DNA of 64,000 nt from Puniceicoccaceae bacterium (GCA_040830765.1 JBFOMH010000003.1:1-64000); one strand, 5' to 3'; positions 20,188 to 30,625 are shown, counted from the first letter of the stretch. Notes: generated from the letters alone by a model not told the origin. Program-made: numbers and translations.

Positions 20188-20889
20188 TTACTTGAGATTT
20201 TCCAAAATTGTAATGGCTTCTTCATTACTGAATTCACGTGCCACCTCGAGTGCGGTCCCCCCATCGGAGGCAATAACCGACGGATCCGCGCCGTTTGCAA
20301 GCAGCAACTCGACCATCGCCTTGCCACCGCTGGCCGCCGCCTCGTGAAGGGGTGTCCCACCCCGCTCGGTCAGGCGCATCGGATTGGCCCCACCGGCGAG
20401 CAGGACTTCCACCACTTCCACCTGGTCCTTGGCCGCAGCATGGTGCATGGGCGCCCAGCCAATATTGTCCCATTGGTCGGGATCCGCCCCGTTTTCCAGA
20501 AGGGAACGGGCCACCTCGGGCAGGTTCCGTTCCACGGCCAGATGCAGGGGCGTCCGCTGGTTGCCATCGGCCTGGTTGACGTCTGTCCCTGATTCGATCA
20601 GGAACAGCGCAATGGCCTCCTTTTTCCTCAGGATGGCCTGATGCAAAGGGGTCAGCTTGGGATGCTCCCCCTTGTTGACTGAAGTCGGCCAGGCGAGAAG
20701 GTGCCGCTGGACGTCGTCAAGGTCTCCCCGGGCAATGGCCTCGTCGATCGTCTTGTAAACCGGCTCGATCATCGCTCCCGGCTGAGGGGGAGCCTCCGCC
20801 ACCAAGAGCGGCGAAGCTGCCAGCCACAAGCCGAGTCCAGCCATAGCCTTTCGGCAGACTGAATAGAACGTGTTTCGACGCGCAGTCAT
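20188..20889 (-). CDS. Exported ankyrin-repeat protein
   Basis: Repeated TPLH.A / GAD motifs; N-terminal hydrophobic signal-like segment. Confidence 0.9.
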   Translation of the reverse strand: MTARRNTFYSVCRKAMAGLGLWLAASPLLVAEAPPQPGAMIEPVYKTIDEAIARGDLDDVQRHLLAWPTSVNKGEHPKLTPLHQAILRKKEAIALFLIESGTDVNQADGNQRTPLHLAVERNLPEVARSLLENGADPDQWDNIGWAPMHHAAAKDQVEVVEVLLAGGANPMRLTERGGTPLHEAAASGGKAMVELLLANGADPSVIASDGGTALEVAREFSNEEAITILENLK

Positions 20890-20903
20890 GATGCCTGCCC
20901 TCC

Positions 20904-22085
20904 TTAAGGAATTGACTTCCAGGCCCCATCGCTGGCGCTTGATTCAACCGCCGCCTGAATAAAGGCGATGCCGTTGCGGCCGTCTTCCACATTGGCGTAA
21001 CGGGATCCGTCGCAGGCAAAGGACTCCCCTGCCTTGTAGGCCCGCACGTCCGCCTCGAATTCGCGATGCAACCGTGCCAAGGCATCATGAAACGCTTCCC
21101 CGTGCCCGGAAGGGAGGGTCGGTGCAGTCATCAGGGCTTCCGGCAAGTCGCCAAGGAATCCGTCATTGGCGGCCACTTCACCGCGCCAGTAGACGCGGTC
21201 CGGTTGTCCGGGAAGCATGACCTTCACCGCCTCCGGTTCCTCCTGCCGCCAGACCAGCGATCCCTTGGTGCCATTCACCTCGATGGCGAGGTCGTTCTTG
21301 TGCCCGATGGCGATCTGGGAAGCCCGGACGAGGGCTTTTCCACCATTATTCAGCTCACAGTAGGTCGTGAAGTGATCATCGAGGGAGCGCCCTTCGACGA
21401 ACAACTCAAGACGCGCCGAAAGCCGTGTCACTTCAAGCCCGGTGACGAACCGCAGTTGCATCAAGGCATGGGTCCCAATGTCACCACCGCAATTGGATGC
21501 ACCGGCCCGCGCCGGGTCCGTTCGCCATTCCGCCTGCTGCACACCGGCCTCCTCGGTCTTGCCGGCCAGCCAGCCCTGTATGTAGCTCGAGTCCACCCAG
21601 CGGACTTCACCGATCAGGCCGCTTTGTACGATGTGACGGCTTAGCAGCGTGCTCCAGTGCCCGAGGTAAGTATGCGCCACCCCAAAGGGCACTCCCTTCT
21701 CCCGGACCGCTGCCACCAACTGGTCAGACTCCTCAAGGGTCAGCGTCAGGGGCTTTTCGCAAAACACCGGAATGCCCGCCTGGGCCGCCTTCAAGGCCGG
21801 ATCGAAGTGGGCGTGATTGGGGGTCACGATGACGATGTAGTCCAGGCGCTCTTCCGGCGGAAGGTTGGCCTGGGCACTAATCATCTCGTCGTAGGTTCCG
21901 TATCCATGGATTGGATACGGCCAATCGGCTGCATCGGTAATGGACGCCTCCGGATTACTGCGCAAGGCGGCAGCGGCAATGCGCCGTGTGCCGTCGAAAT
22001 GAACCGCTTTCTGGTGGGGGTGGGCGAAAAAGGCGCCTCCCCCTCCGCCGACAAGTCCGACTTTTAATGGACTGGGTGATGACAT
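20904..22085 (-). CDS. Gfo/Idh/MocA oxidoreductase
   Basis: VGLVGGG, IVTPNHAH, CEKPL, WRTDP, GDIGTH. Confidence 0.93.
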   Translation of the reverse strand: MSSPSPLKVGLVGGGGGAFFAHPHQKAVHFDGTRRIAAAALRSNPEASITDAADWPYPIHGYGTYDEMISAQANLPPEERLDYIVIVTPNHAHFDPALKAAQAGIPVFCEKPLTLTLEESDQLVAAVREKGVPFGVAHTYLGHWSTLLSRHIVQSGLIGEVRWVDSSYIQGWLAGKTEEAGVQQAEWRTDPARAGASNCGGDIGTHALMQLRFVTGLEVTRLSARLELFVEGRSLDDHFTTYCELNNGGKALVRASQIAIGHKNDLAIEVNGTKGSLVWRQEEPEAVKVMLPGQPDRVYWRGEVAANDGFLGDLPEALMTAPTLPSGHGEAFHDALARLHREFEADVRAYKAGESFACDGSRYANVEDGRNGIAFIQAAVESSASDGAWKSIP

Positions 22086-22111
22086 GAGTGAACTCTCCTC
22101 TTGTGATTAAT

Positions 22112-23668
22112 TCAGTGGGCGGCCTCGCCGATGACCTTCGGCTTGTAGCCTCCCTTGCTTTTGAAATACAGGATCAGGCCGATGTAGCAGACCAGCATGA
22201 AGGCCGGGAAGGTGGCCATCTTGGCCAGGGCCCCCTGCGTTTCCCGTTCGATAACCTCGGTCGCGGCTGCCTTGGCCTCCTCCGGAAGCAGGCCCAGGGC
22301 CTCTGTGTTGACAGCCGTGTAGTGGCCCAGCAGATAGTCGTTTTCCTGGATAACCTGGGCATGAACTGCCGGCATTTCTTCCTCAAGGGCACTTGTTACG
22401 GAGCTCTCCTGGAGGAAGCCGATGAACGGACCGCCGAGAATCCCAACCGTCAACATCCCGATACCGGCAATGGCATTCAGGGTCAGGGCGCCCCCCTTCG
22501 GTGTCTGTTCGGAAACCACACCCAGCATCGTCGGCCAGAAGTAGGTCTTGGCCACCCCGTAGATCGTGGCAGCGACAAAAATGAAGACCAGCCCGGAGGC
22601 GAAGGAAAGGAGATAGAGCCCGACAATCGCCAAGGCCGAACAAATCGCCAGCAGGCCCAGCGGACCAAACTTCTGAATCACCGGACCCGCGTTGAACCGC
22701 AGGACCATCATGATCACCGATGTATAGACCAGCACCCAGGCAGGATCCCACCCGGAGGCCGCCATCGGCTTTTCCATCAAGCCGGAGATCCAGCCATCGG
22801 TTCCCAGTTCAGTAGTGGCTAGTGGCATCATGATGATAACCAGTAGAAGGAGCAGTGGATTACCAATGTGCCGGCTGTAAAAGGCATAGAGGGCGACCGT
22901 TACAATGATCAATCCCCAGGTAACAACGGCTGACCAGCCGAAGACACTGCCCAGCTGGGCGAATATCAGGTAGAAGGCAATAAAGGCTCCCGCAGTCCCA
23001 AACTCCGCCAGCATTTCGCGGTAACTGGCACCGGCGGCCACGCGTTCATTGACCGGAAACCGGGCTTTCGCCAGCATGACCAGGTAGACCACTGCCGGGA
23101 GGAACATCAGCCCGATGACAATCCGCCAGTCGCTCGCCACCGCTCCGCCGAGGGCAATTGTCAGGACGCCGCCGAGGACCAGCCCCCCCGGCCATCCAGC
23201 ATGGAGGATATTGAGCCACTTCGCCTTCTCGTCCTTGAACAGGGTTGCCACGACAGGATTGATAAAGGCTTCCACTGTCCCGTTCCCCAAGCCGAGGATA
23301 ACCGAACCCCAGTAGAGGTAGTTCCATGCCTTTGCCTGGGCAGCGGCAAGGTCCTCCACCACCCCGTTGACCGTCCCGTAGGCCAGCATCGCCAGCACCC
23401 CGAACACGGCATAACAGGCAAAACTGAAGAACATCGCGAAACGGTAGCCAACCCGGTCGATGACCAGGCTGAACAGGATGATGCTAATCGCGAATGGCCA
23501 GATACCGGCACCGAAGAGGACACCGCTCTGGACCTTGTCCAAGCCAAATTGTTCTGGCCAGATCCCACTGTTAATGAGGATTGCCCGGATGATGAAGGCC
23601 ATGGAGGTAGTGATCAGGGCAATAAACGAGCCCCAGAAGATGACTTTATCATTCCTGTCGTGTTTCAT
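22112..23668 (-). CDS. MFS transporter
   Basis: About 12-14 TM segments; GLGNGTVEAFINP, LHAGWPGG, FWPTMLG. Confidence 0.88.
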   Translation of the reverse strand: MKHDRNDKVIFWGSFIALITTSMAFIIRAILINSGIWPEQFGLDKVQSGVLFGAGIWPFAISIILFSLVIDRVGYRFAMFFSFACYAVFGVLAMLAYGTVNGVVEDLAAAQAKAWNYLYWGSVILGLGNGTVEAFINPVVATLFKDEKAKWLNILHAGWPGGLVLGGVLTIALGGAVASDWRIVIGLMFLPAVVYLVMLAKARFPVNERVAAGASYREMLAEFGTAGAFIAFYLIFAQLGSVFGWSAVVTWGLIIVTVALYAFYSRHIGNPLLLLLVIIMMPLATTELGTDGWISGLMEKPMAASGWDPAWVLVYTSVIMMVLRFNAGPVIQKFGPLGLLAICSALAIVGLYLLSFASGLVFIFVAATIYGVAKTYFWPTMLGVVSEQTPKGGALTLNAIAGIGMLTVGILGGPFIGFLQESSVTSALEEEMPAVHAQVIQENDYLLGHYTAVNTEALGLLPEEAKAAATEVIERETQGALAKMATFPAFMLVCYIGLILYFKSKGGYKPKVIGEAAH

Positions 23669-23715
23669 GTTTCCTTTGTTTGAGGTGAGTGAAGGGTTGC
23701 TTTCGTGAAATAAAG

Positions 23716-24516
23716 TTATCCTGCCTTGCGGCGGCCTCGGGTGCGCTCATCGCTGAAACGGCGGCGGTACCGCAAGGGGGTAATCTTCAGCTCCAGGCGG
23801 AAGGCCCGGGTCATGCTGTTCTGATCATTGAAGCCGCACTGCACCGCGATGTCCGCCAGGCTATCATCGCTGTCGCGCAAGCGTTTGCAAGCCGCGTTGA
23901 GACGGGTCTTGCGCAGGTACATGGATGGGGTCAGCCCAAAGGTCTTGCGGAACAGTCGTTCCTGTGAACTCACGGAGATTCCTCCCACCCGGGCCATGTC
24001 GGCGACCGACAACTTCTCCCGGTAATGGGCCCGGACAAAGTCAACGATGCGGTGCATCTCCGGATGGTCCGCATAAACCGCATCGCTGTCGCGGATTCGC
24101 CGTGTCACCCCAGCCAGTCCAAGAATGTCCCCTCCCCGGCCATATAGCGGGACTTTGGTCGTCGACAGCCAGTCCAGTGATCCGTCAGCTGTTGGAACCA
24201 GTTCGATCCGGTTCAGGACCGGCCGACCGGTTTCCATGACCATCCGGTCGTCAGCCAGAAAGGCATCGGCGAGGAAGTCCGGACTGTAGTCATAGTCCGT
24301 CTTCCCGATTAATGCCTCCATATTATCCTCGCCCAGCGTCTCGGCAAAGCTCTGGCTGCCATCCATGAAGCGGCTTTCCCGGTCCTTGATGAAGAGATAA
24401 GCACCCGGTATCTCCTGGAAAAGGTCGACCAGCAGTTGTCCCGGGCGGAGATTCGCGAAAAAGTGTTCGCGCTCCCACCGGGAAGCTTCGGGGAGTTGTC
24501 GGGGAGGTGCTGCCAT
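23716..24516 (-). CDS. AraC-family regulator with N-terminal PAS-like domain
   Basis: FIKDRESRF..GKTDYD..DDRMVM (PAS); C-terminal IAVQCGFNDQNSMTRAFR..TPLRYR. Confidence 0.9.
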   Translation of the reverse strand: MAAPPRQLPEASRWEREHFFANLRPGQLLVDLFQEIPGAYLFIKDRESRFMDGSQSFAETLGEDNMEALIGKTDYDYSPDFLADAFLADDRMVMETGRPVLNRIELVPTADGSLDWLSTTKVPLYGRGGDILGLAGVTRRIRDSDAVYADHPEMHRIVDFVRAHYREKLSVADMARVGGISVSSQERLFRKTFGLTPSMYLRKTRLNAACKRLRDSDDSLADIAVQCGFNDQNSMTRAFRLELKITPLRYRRRFSDERTRGRRKAG

Positions 24517-24549
24517 ACTGACCAGTGGGATCACAACAAAATGACGCAT

Positions 24550-24790
24550 TATGACAAGAGAATTCTTAGATACATTGGATAATTCATTTACACAACTCGC
24601 TTATGAAGCGAGTCTATAATTACATAAGTTCTTCTTATCTAATTATTAATGAATTCTATAAAATTATCCTGCGACTCTATCAAGAAGCCTTATCCTCTCC
24701 TACAACCTAAATATAATTTGACACTTCAGACGGAATTTGAATAAAACCCACCCACCTTCCTGAAGGATACTACCAACCATCAATCCCCAC
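24550..24790. promoter_or_regulatory. AT-rich divergent promoter region
   Basis: Markedly AT-rich non-coding stretch between divergent araC-like and DoxX-like genes. Confidence 0.55.
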
Positions 24791-24797
24791 CTGACGA

Positions 24798-25316
24798 ATG
24801 GAAACAGAAAGCCCTGAAAAGAACGACCTCGGCCGGACCCTGGCCATGCTTCTGGCCCGCCTCTGGCTGGCTCTGCGTTCCCTGCAAACTGGCATCGAGA
24901 AGTTTGCCGGCACGCAATCCAGCGAGACACCGGTAACTATCGACGGTGCCGCCAACACCTACGGACTCACCGAATCCGCCAGCTCCAAGGTCTATGGCAT
25001 CAGTCACTACAGTGGTGTCCCCAAGGCCCTCTATGACAAGTTTGCCGCCGAGCCGCTGATCCCCGGTTGGTTCCTTGGCCTCTATGACATTTTACTCGGA
25101 CCTGCCCTCCTCCTGCTTGGCTTGACCCTCCTTCTCGGGGTTGCGACGCGCCTCTCCCTTTTTGTCATGGGACTGGTCTACACAAGTCTGACCTTTGGCC
25201 TAATTTTGCTCAAGCAGGACGCCGGGGTGGCCTGGCTGGCAGCTCACATCATCCTCATTGTGATGGCCCTGAGTCTTGCGAATCACAACCGGTTCGTTAT
25301 ATTGAAAAAGTGGTAA
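24798..25316 (+). CDS. DoxX-like membrane protein
   Basis: LLARLWLA..GIEKF, LGLTLLLGVATR; about 4 TM. Confidence 0.65.
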   Translation: METESPEKNDLGRTLAMLLARLWLALRSLQTGIEKFAGTQSSETPVTIDGAANTYGLTESASSKVYGISHYSGVPKALYDKFAAEPLIPGWFLGLYDILLGPALLLLGLTLLLGVATRLSLFVMGLVYTSLTFGLILLKQDAGVAWLAAHIILIVMALSLANHNRFVILKKW

Positions 25317-25329
25317 CCCTTTCATCCTG

Positions 25330-26676
25330 ATGAAACCCCTTCCCTCCAGTATTTCCCGACGTTCCTTTCTCACCCGCTCCCTCGGAGCCGGGATTGTTCT
25401 CGGTGCCCCGTCCATCCTCAAGGCGGCCGGCAAGAGCCCATCCGACACCCTGAATGTTGCCATCATTGGATTCGGCAAGCAGGGCCGGGTCCTTTTCGAA
25501 GCCATGTCCAATATTCCGGGCCTCCATTTCCAGGCGGTTTGTGACATCTGGGACTACAATCGCAAAGGTGGCATGGGAAAAGTCCGCGCCTTGCAGGGAC
25601 ATCTTCCCAACGGCTATGTCGATGCCGAAGAGATGCTGTCCAAGGAGAAGGATCTCGATGCAGTGATTGTGGCCACTCCGGACTTCTGGCACTCGCGGCA
25701 TACCGTCATGTGCCTTGAGGCGGGTCTGAATGTCTATTGCGAAAAGATGATGTCCAACACCATCGAGGACGCCCGGGCCATGGTCCACGCCGCCGAGAGG
25801 ACCGGCAAACTCTGCCAGATCGGCCATCAGCGTCGCAGCAACCCTCGCTACCGTTACACCCTGGAGCAACTCCTCCAGCGGCACCAGATTTGCGGCCAGA
25901 TTGTCAATGTGAACGGCCAGTGGAACCGGGCCGTCTCCTCCTCCCAGGACATTGCCTACAAGGAAAGCCTGGCTATTGATCCGGCTGTTCTCAAGAAGTA
26001 TGGCTTCAAGGACATGCACCAGTTCATGAACTGGCGGACTTACCGTGACCTTTCCGGTGGCCCCATTTCCGACCTTGGCGCCCACCAAATCGACATTTTC
26101 AACTGGTACCTCGGTACCGTGCCGAAGCGGGTTTATGCATCAGGCGGTAACGACTTCTTCACCCAGCGGGAGCACTTCGACAACGTCATGGCGATATTCG
26201 ATTACGACACGCCCCAAGGCGGCTGTCGTGCGTTCTACCAGGTGCTGACGACCACCAGTGCGGGCGGTGGCTATTATGAAAGCTTCATGGGGACCGAGGG
26301 GACAATCAACATTTCCGAACGGGCTGCCTACACCAACATCTATCGCGAGTCCGGCTCCACAAAGAGCTGGGAGCCCCTGGTTGAAAAAGGTTACCTCCGG
26401 AAGGCCGCGGCTGCTGCACCTGCCGGTTCCGGCGATGCCGATGCCATTGCCTCCTATGAGTCAGCTGCGCCGGAAGCATTCGCCCTTCCCGGTGAGCTCA
26501 ACAAGCCACCCCACCAGCCCCACCTGGAAAACTTCTTTGCGGCAGTCCGTGGCGAGGAAGGGCTCAACTGTGATGCCCGCCATGCCTTTGAAAGCGAGGC
26601 CCCCATTTACTGGGTCAACCCATCCGCCCTCGATGGTGCACCCGTCAACTTAACACCCGACCACCTATCCGTATGA
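25330..26676 (+). CDS. Tat-exported Gfo/Idh/MocA oxidoreductase
   Basis: SRRSFL twin-arginine signal; IIGFGKQG, ATPDFWH, YCEK, QIGHQRRS, DLGAHQID. Confidence 0.92.
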   Translation: MKPLPSSISRRSFLTRSLGAGIVLGAPSILKAAGKSPSDTLNVAIIGFGKQGRVLFEAMSNIPGLHFQAVCDIWDYNRKGGMGKVRALQGHLPNGYVDAEEMLSKEKDLDAVIVATPDFWHSRHTVMCLEAGLNVYCEKMMSNTIEDARAMVHAAERTGKLCQIGHQRRSNPRYRYTLEQLLQRHQICGQIVNVNGQWNRAVSSSQDIAYKESLAIDPAVLKKYGFKDMHQFMNWRTYRDLSGGPISDLGAHQIDIFNWYLGTVPKRVYASGGNDFFTQREHFDNVMAIFDYDTPQGGCRAFYQVLTTTSAGGGYYESFMGTEGTINISERAAYTNIYRESGSTKSWEPLVEKGYLRKAAAAAPAGSGDADAIASYESAAPEAFALPGELNKPPHQPHLENFFAAVRGEEGLNCDARHAFESEAPIYWVNPSALDGAPVNLTPDHLSV

Positions 26677-27380
26677 AAGTAAAACTCATCTCCCTTTTCA
26701 GTGCCACAGGCGCACTTCTCATTGCCGGTTGCGGCGGCTCCTCCGACAGTGAGTCGGAATCCGTTGCCACCGACGCAGCCGCCCCGGCCGGTGGCTTTGC
26801 CCTGACCACGGAAATCCCGCCGGAATTGATTGAAGGCACCCCCGCCCCGATCAAGGTCCCTAATCTTGTCCAGGCCCCGACAACCGCCCCTACCCTGGTG
26901 GTTCCGGAGGGGACGGTCCTACTCTCCGCCGGCAAGGAAGTAACCGGCAGTGATGACTTCCCGATTATTGGCGAGCTCTTCTATCTCACTGATGGAGATA
27001 AGGAAGCCGGCGAGGGGTACTTCACCGAATTCATGGACGGCCTCCAGTGGGTCCAGATCGACCTCGGTCAAAGCGCGGCTGTCTCCGCTGTCTGGGTCTG
27101 GCATTTCCATTCGCAGAAGCGCGCCTATCATGATGTCATCGTCCAGGTCTCCGACGATCCGGAATTCCAGAGTGGCGTGACGACCCTCTTCAACAACGAT
27201 TATGACAACTCCGCCGGCCTTGGAAAGGGTTCCGACAATCCCTATGTCGAGTCGCGCTTCGGCAAGTTGATTAACGGCAATGGCGCGGTTGGCCAATACG
27301 TCCGCCTTTACAGTGATGGAAATACTTCCAACGACATGAACCACTACATCGAAGTCGAAGTGTTCGGCATCCCCCAATAA
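26673..27380 (+). CDS. Lipoprotein with discoidin/F5-8-like beta-sandwich
   Basis: Lipobox LIAG|C; WVQIDLG, YVRLYS, EVEVFG. Confidence 0.65.
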   Translation: MKVKLISLFSATGALLIAGCGGSSDSESESVATDAAAPAGGFALTTEIPPELIEGTPAPIKVPNLVQAPTTAPTLVVPEGTVLLSAGKEVTGSDDFPIIGELFYLTDGDKEAGEGYFTEFMDGLQWVQIDLGQSAAVSAVWVWHFHSQKRAYHDVIVQVSDDPEFQSGVTTLFNNDYDNSAGLGKGSDNPYVESRFGKLINGNGAVGQYVRLYSDGNTSNDMNHYIEVEVFGIPQ

Positions 27381-27402
27381 GCTGTCACGGAATTTTCATG
27401 AC

Positions 27403-27431
27403 AAAGCCCCGATGCCCATCGGGGCTTTTTT
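27403..27431. terminator. Bidirectional intrinsic terminator
   Basis: aaagccccgat-gccc-atcggggcttt then T run, between convergent genes. Confidence 0.8.
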
Positions 27432-28197
27432 ATGCCTTGTAATGACCTGCCCGCGAACGCCTCCGTATCTTCAACAGGGCGGCCAGCATTCTCCAGGCAT
27501 CCCGTAGGGGATGGACCCGGCCGTTCGCCTTCTCTGTCCAGGTAACCGGCATCTCGACAATCGGGCAGCCAATTTCCCGAAGCGCCAGAAGGAGCTCCGC
27601 ATCGAAAGCAAAGCCGGTTTCCTCCAATTGCGGCCGGACCTTGTGGTAAGCCGCGGCTGAAATCACCTTTGCCCCGCACTGCGAGTCGGCAAACGGTACC
27701 CGCAAAAGGAGGCGGGTCAACCGGGTAAATACATGAAAGGAAAGACTCCGGAAAGCCGGCCGGGTTACCGGTCTCTCCGGCGAATCCCGGCGAATCGCGA
27801 CAACCGCTACTTCTCCTTCCGAGGCCAGGGTTTCCTCAAACATCCGGTTCAAGTCATCCGCGGAGATGGCCCCATCCGCATCGACAAAGGCCAGCCAGGC
27901 AGCTTCCGGAAAGGTGTCCCAGGCATTGCGGATGGCGCCGCCCTTGCGACTGCGGACAGCATGGTGCATCAGTCCCACTGCCGGGTAGACGTCCCGGAAG
28001 GCTTCCACCAATTTCTCAAGGGCTGCCACCTCGTCCTCGGAGGAGCCATCATCGACAACCATCCACCGGACGGGAATGGTTTGTCCCGCCAGCATGGCGG
28101 CAAGCTCAGGTCCAAAAACAGCCAAGCGGGCCGAATCGTTCCAGACCGGTGTCACCAGGACCAACTGTTGTTCGGGCTCTTCCACAACCAGAGGCAT
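27430..28197 (-). CDS. GT2 glycosyltransferase (polyprenol-phosphate sugar synthase-like)
   Basis: VTPVWND, VVDDGS, KGGAIR, FVDADG, DSQCGAK, FAFDAELL. Confidence 0.88.
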   Translation of the reverse strand: MPLVVEEPEQQLVLVTPVWNDSARLAVFGPELAAMLAGQTIPVRWMVVDDGSSEDEVAALEKLVEAFRDVYPAVGLMHHAVRSRKGGAIRNAWDTFPEAAWLAFVDADGAISADDLNRMFEETLASEGEVAVVAIRRDSPERPVTRPAFRSLSFHVFTRLTRLLLRVPFADSQCGAKVISAAAYHKVRPQLEETGFAFDAELLLALREIGCPIVEMPVTWTEKANGRVHPLRDAWRMLAALLKIRRRSRAGHYKA

Positions 28198-28277
28198 CCT
28201 AGGGCGCGCCGCATCCCAAAATCAACGGTAAAGGAGCATTGCAGCAGAAGCGTATTTTGCTCTTACTTCATGGGAAC

Positions 28278-29798
28278 ATGCACCAGCGCTTTCTCATAGC
28301 CTTTGCCTGGATCGTACTTGCCCTGATGGCTGTTTTCATCCGGTTCAACAACCTTCCGGAGCGGCCCGTTCACGCCGATGAGGCAACAGGGGCCCGCATT
28401 CTCGCGCAACGGCTGGAAGAGGGTTCCTACTCCTTCGACCCAACCCACTTCCACGGCCCCCTGCTGACCGCCGCCGCCACCCCCGTTGCCCGGCTGCGGG
28501 ATGAGTCCAGCTGGAAGGAGCTTTCTGAAGCGACCATCCGTATCGTTCCTGCCCTTGCCGGATCCCTCCTGGTGCTGACCCCTCTCCTGCTGCTTCGATG
28601 GATTGGTCACACGGGTGCCCTGGCCGGGGCTCTCCTTCTCGCCACTTCACCACTTCTGGCATATTACAGCCGTATGTTCATCCATGAGATGCTGCTCGCT
28701 CTCGCCGTCCTGCTGGCCATGGCTGCATTCTTCCACCATGTGAAGCAACCTGGCCGCCTCTCAGCTTTCATTGCCGGACTTGCCATGGGACTCATGTGGA
28801 CCGCCAAGGAGACACTTGTCATCACTCTGCTGGCGTGGGGCGTAGCTTTGGTCCCGGCCGCCATGGCTTACTGGGGTCCCCTGTGGATTACTCGGCTTCG
28901 GGAAAGAGTGCCCAGTCTGGGTTGGCTGCTGATTGGTGTCATCCTCACGTCATTACTGTTCTATACTGACTTTTTCAGGAATCCCGCAGGCGCCCTGCAT
29001 TCCATCGAGACCTTCCTCGTCTATGAGACCGTGGCTGGCCATGAAAAGCCGTTCTCCTACTATGCCCACCTTCTGCTTTGGCCAAAGTTCCATGCCGGCG
29101 TCCTATGGTGGGAGGGCGTCATTGGCGTTATGGCACTGGCGGCCGTTTTCCTTCATGGCAAGAAACAGGCCAGCCCGGAACGGAGAAGTTTCGTCATCTT
29201 TCTCGGCATCTCGACTGCCGCCCACTTCATTATTTACAGTCTTATCAGTTACAAGACCCCGTGGCTGATGGTTGTTCCCTGGGCCCATGCCTGCCTCCTT
29301 GCGGGCTGCCTCATGTTGGACCTTTCCTTGATACGCAAACCAATCCGATATGCCGGCATTGGTGGGATGGCCCTGGTTGCCGCCCTGCAACTGCACCAGA
29401 CCCTGCAAGCTAACGGTCGTTTCGCCCAGGATTCACGGAACCCATACGCCTATGTTCCAACCACCCGGGATGCCGTCCGATTGGGCAAATGGCTGGTAGA
29501 CCTTGATGCAAGAATCCAGCCCCAGTCCGTGGAGCCCATCGCTGTTATTGGCAATGGCTATTGGCCACTGCCCTGGTATTTGCGGGAGTTCAGTTCTATC
29601 GGCTACTGGCCACAAGCCGGTGAATTCCTCAAGGACCAGCCTCTGGCCATTGTCCTGCCCGGGCATTTCGAGGTCGTTGAGGACTTGCTTCACGCCACGC
29701 ATACTGCACTGCCCAGAGGCTTGCGACAGGACACCCCGATCATGGTTCACATCCGCAACGACCTGTGGGAGACATGGATGGAGGCGCCGGAGGAATGA
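28278..29798 (+). CDS. TIGR03663/Agl23-like multi-TM GT-C-type protein
   Basis: HADEA, DPTHFHGP, YYSRMFIHE, AKE, YKTPW, WPLPWYLR. Confidence 0.75.
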   Translation: MHQRFLIAFAWIVLALMAVFIRFNNLPERPVHADEATGARILAQRLEEGSYSFDPTHFHGPLLTAAATPVARLRDESSWKELSEATIRIVPALAGSLLVLTPLLLLRWIGHTGALAGALLLATSPLLAYYSRMFIHEMLLALAVLLAMAAFFHHVKQPGRLSAFIAGLAMGLMWTAKETLVITLLAWGVALVPAAMAYWGPLWITRLRERVPSLGWLLIGVILTSLLFYTDFFRNPAGALHSIETFLVYETVAGHEKPFSYYAHLLLWPKFHAGVLWWEGVIGVMALAAVFLHGKKQASPERRSFVIFLGISTAAHFIIYSLISYKTPWLMVVPWAHACLLAGCLMLDLSLIRKPIRYAGIGGMALVAALQLHQTLQANGRFAQDSRNPYAYVPTTRDAVRLGKWLVDLDARIQPQSVEPIAVIGNGYWPLPWYLREFSSIGYWPQAGEFLKDQPLAIVLPGHFEVVEDLLHATHTALPRGLRQDTPIMVHIRNDLWETWMEAPEE

Positions 29799-30625
29799 GT
29801 TCCGAACCCCTCTTCAGTCACGAGGCCATGAACACGACCTTCACCCTGAGAATATCCGGGGAGTCGGAACAGCAGGCCGCCGGGGTGGCAAGGGAGTGTT
29901 TTGAGCATCTTGACTACCTCGAGAACAAGCTCAGTCGCTACCGCGAAGGCAGCGATGTCTGGCAAATCAATCACCTCGCAACAGGTGAATCGCTCTTTCT
30001 CAGTGAAGCCTGCTACGAATGCCTGAGACTTGCCATGGAGGCCAATGAGGCCACCGGAGGCCTGTTTGATGTGACCATCGGGGGCCGTATCGAATTTGCC
30101 AAGTCAGCCAGCGGGGGACAAGCGCCGGAACTCAAGGGGCGCCTCATGCTCAATCCAGACAAGCCATGTCTTCACTGTATGGCTGCAGGACGGGAAATTG
30201 ACCTCGGTGGCATCGGTAAAGGCTTCGCGCTTGATCAAATGAAGGACCTGCTGCTCGATTGGGGCATTGAATCCGCCCTTCTGGCCGCCGGCGCCAGCAC
30301 CCATTTGGCCATGGGGCCCCGGACATGGCCGCTCTCCCTGTCCGGGGATAGCCAGACTGTCTCCTTCCCGTTAACGAACGCCGCCCTCAGCGCGTCCGGG
30401 CTTGCTGTGCAGGGCAGCCATATTCTTGCTCCAGACGGCTCAAGGCCCGACTACACCTTCAAGCGCGTGTGGATCAGCCTCGCCTCCGCCGCTCTCACGG
30501 ATGCCTGGTCGACCGCGGCCATGTTGATGAATCCACCTATTTTAAGGGAACTTCTCCCTCCCGGTGCGCTCTACATGGTGGAGACGAAAGATGCGCTCCT
30601 GGGGAATTTTCAGGGGCTATCTTGA
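29795..30625 (+). CDS. apbE: FAD:protein FMN transferase (ApbE family), no evident signal peptide
   Basis: AMNTTF, LSRYREGSD, GLFDVT, DLGGIGKGFALD, SASG, DAWSTA; ATGA overlap with upstream stop. Confidence 0.85.
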   Translation: MSSEPLFSHEAMNTTFTLRISGESEQQAAGVARECFEHLDYLENKLSRYREGSDVWQINHLATGESLFLSEACYECLRLAMEANEATGGLFDVTIGGRIEFAKSASGGQAPELKGRLMLNPDKPCLHCMAAGREIDLGGIGKGFALDQMKDLLLDWGIESALLAAGASTHLAMGPRTWPLSLSGDSQTVSFPLTNAALSASGLAVQGSHILAPDGSRPDYTFKRVWISLASAALTDAWSTAAMLMNPPILRELLPPGALYMVETKDALLGNFQGLS

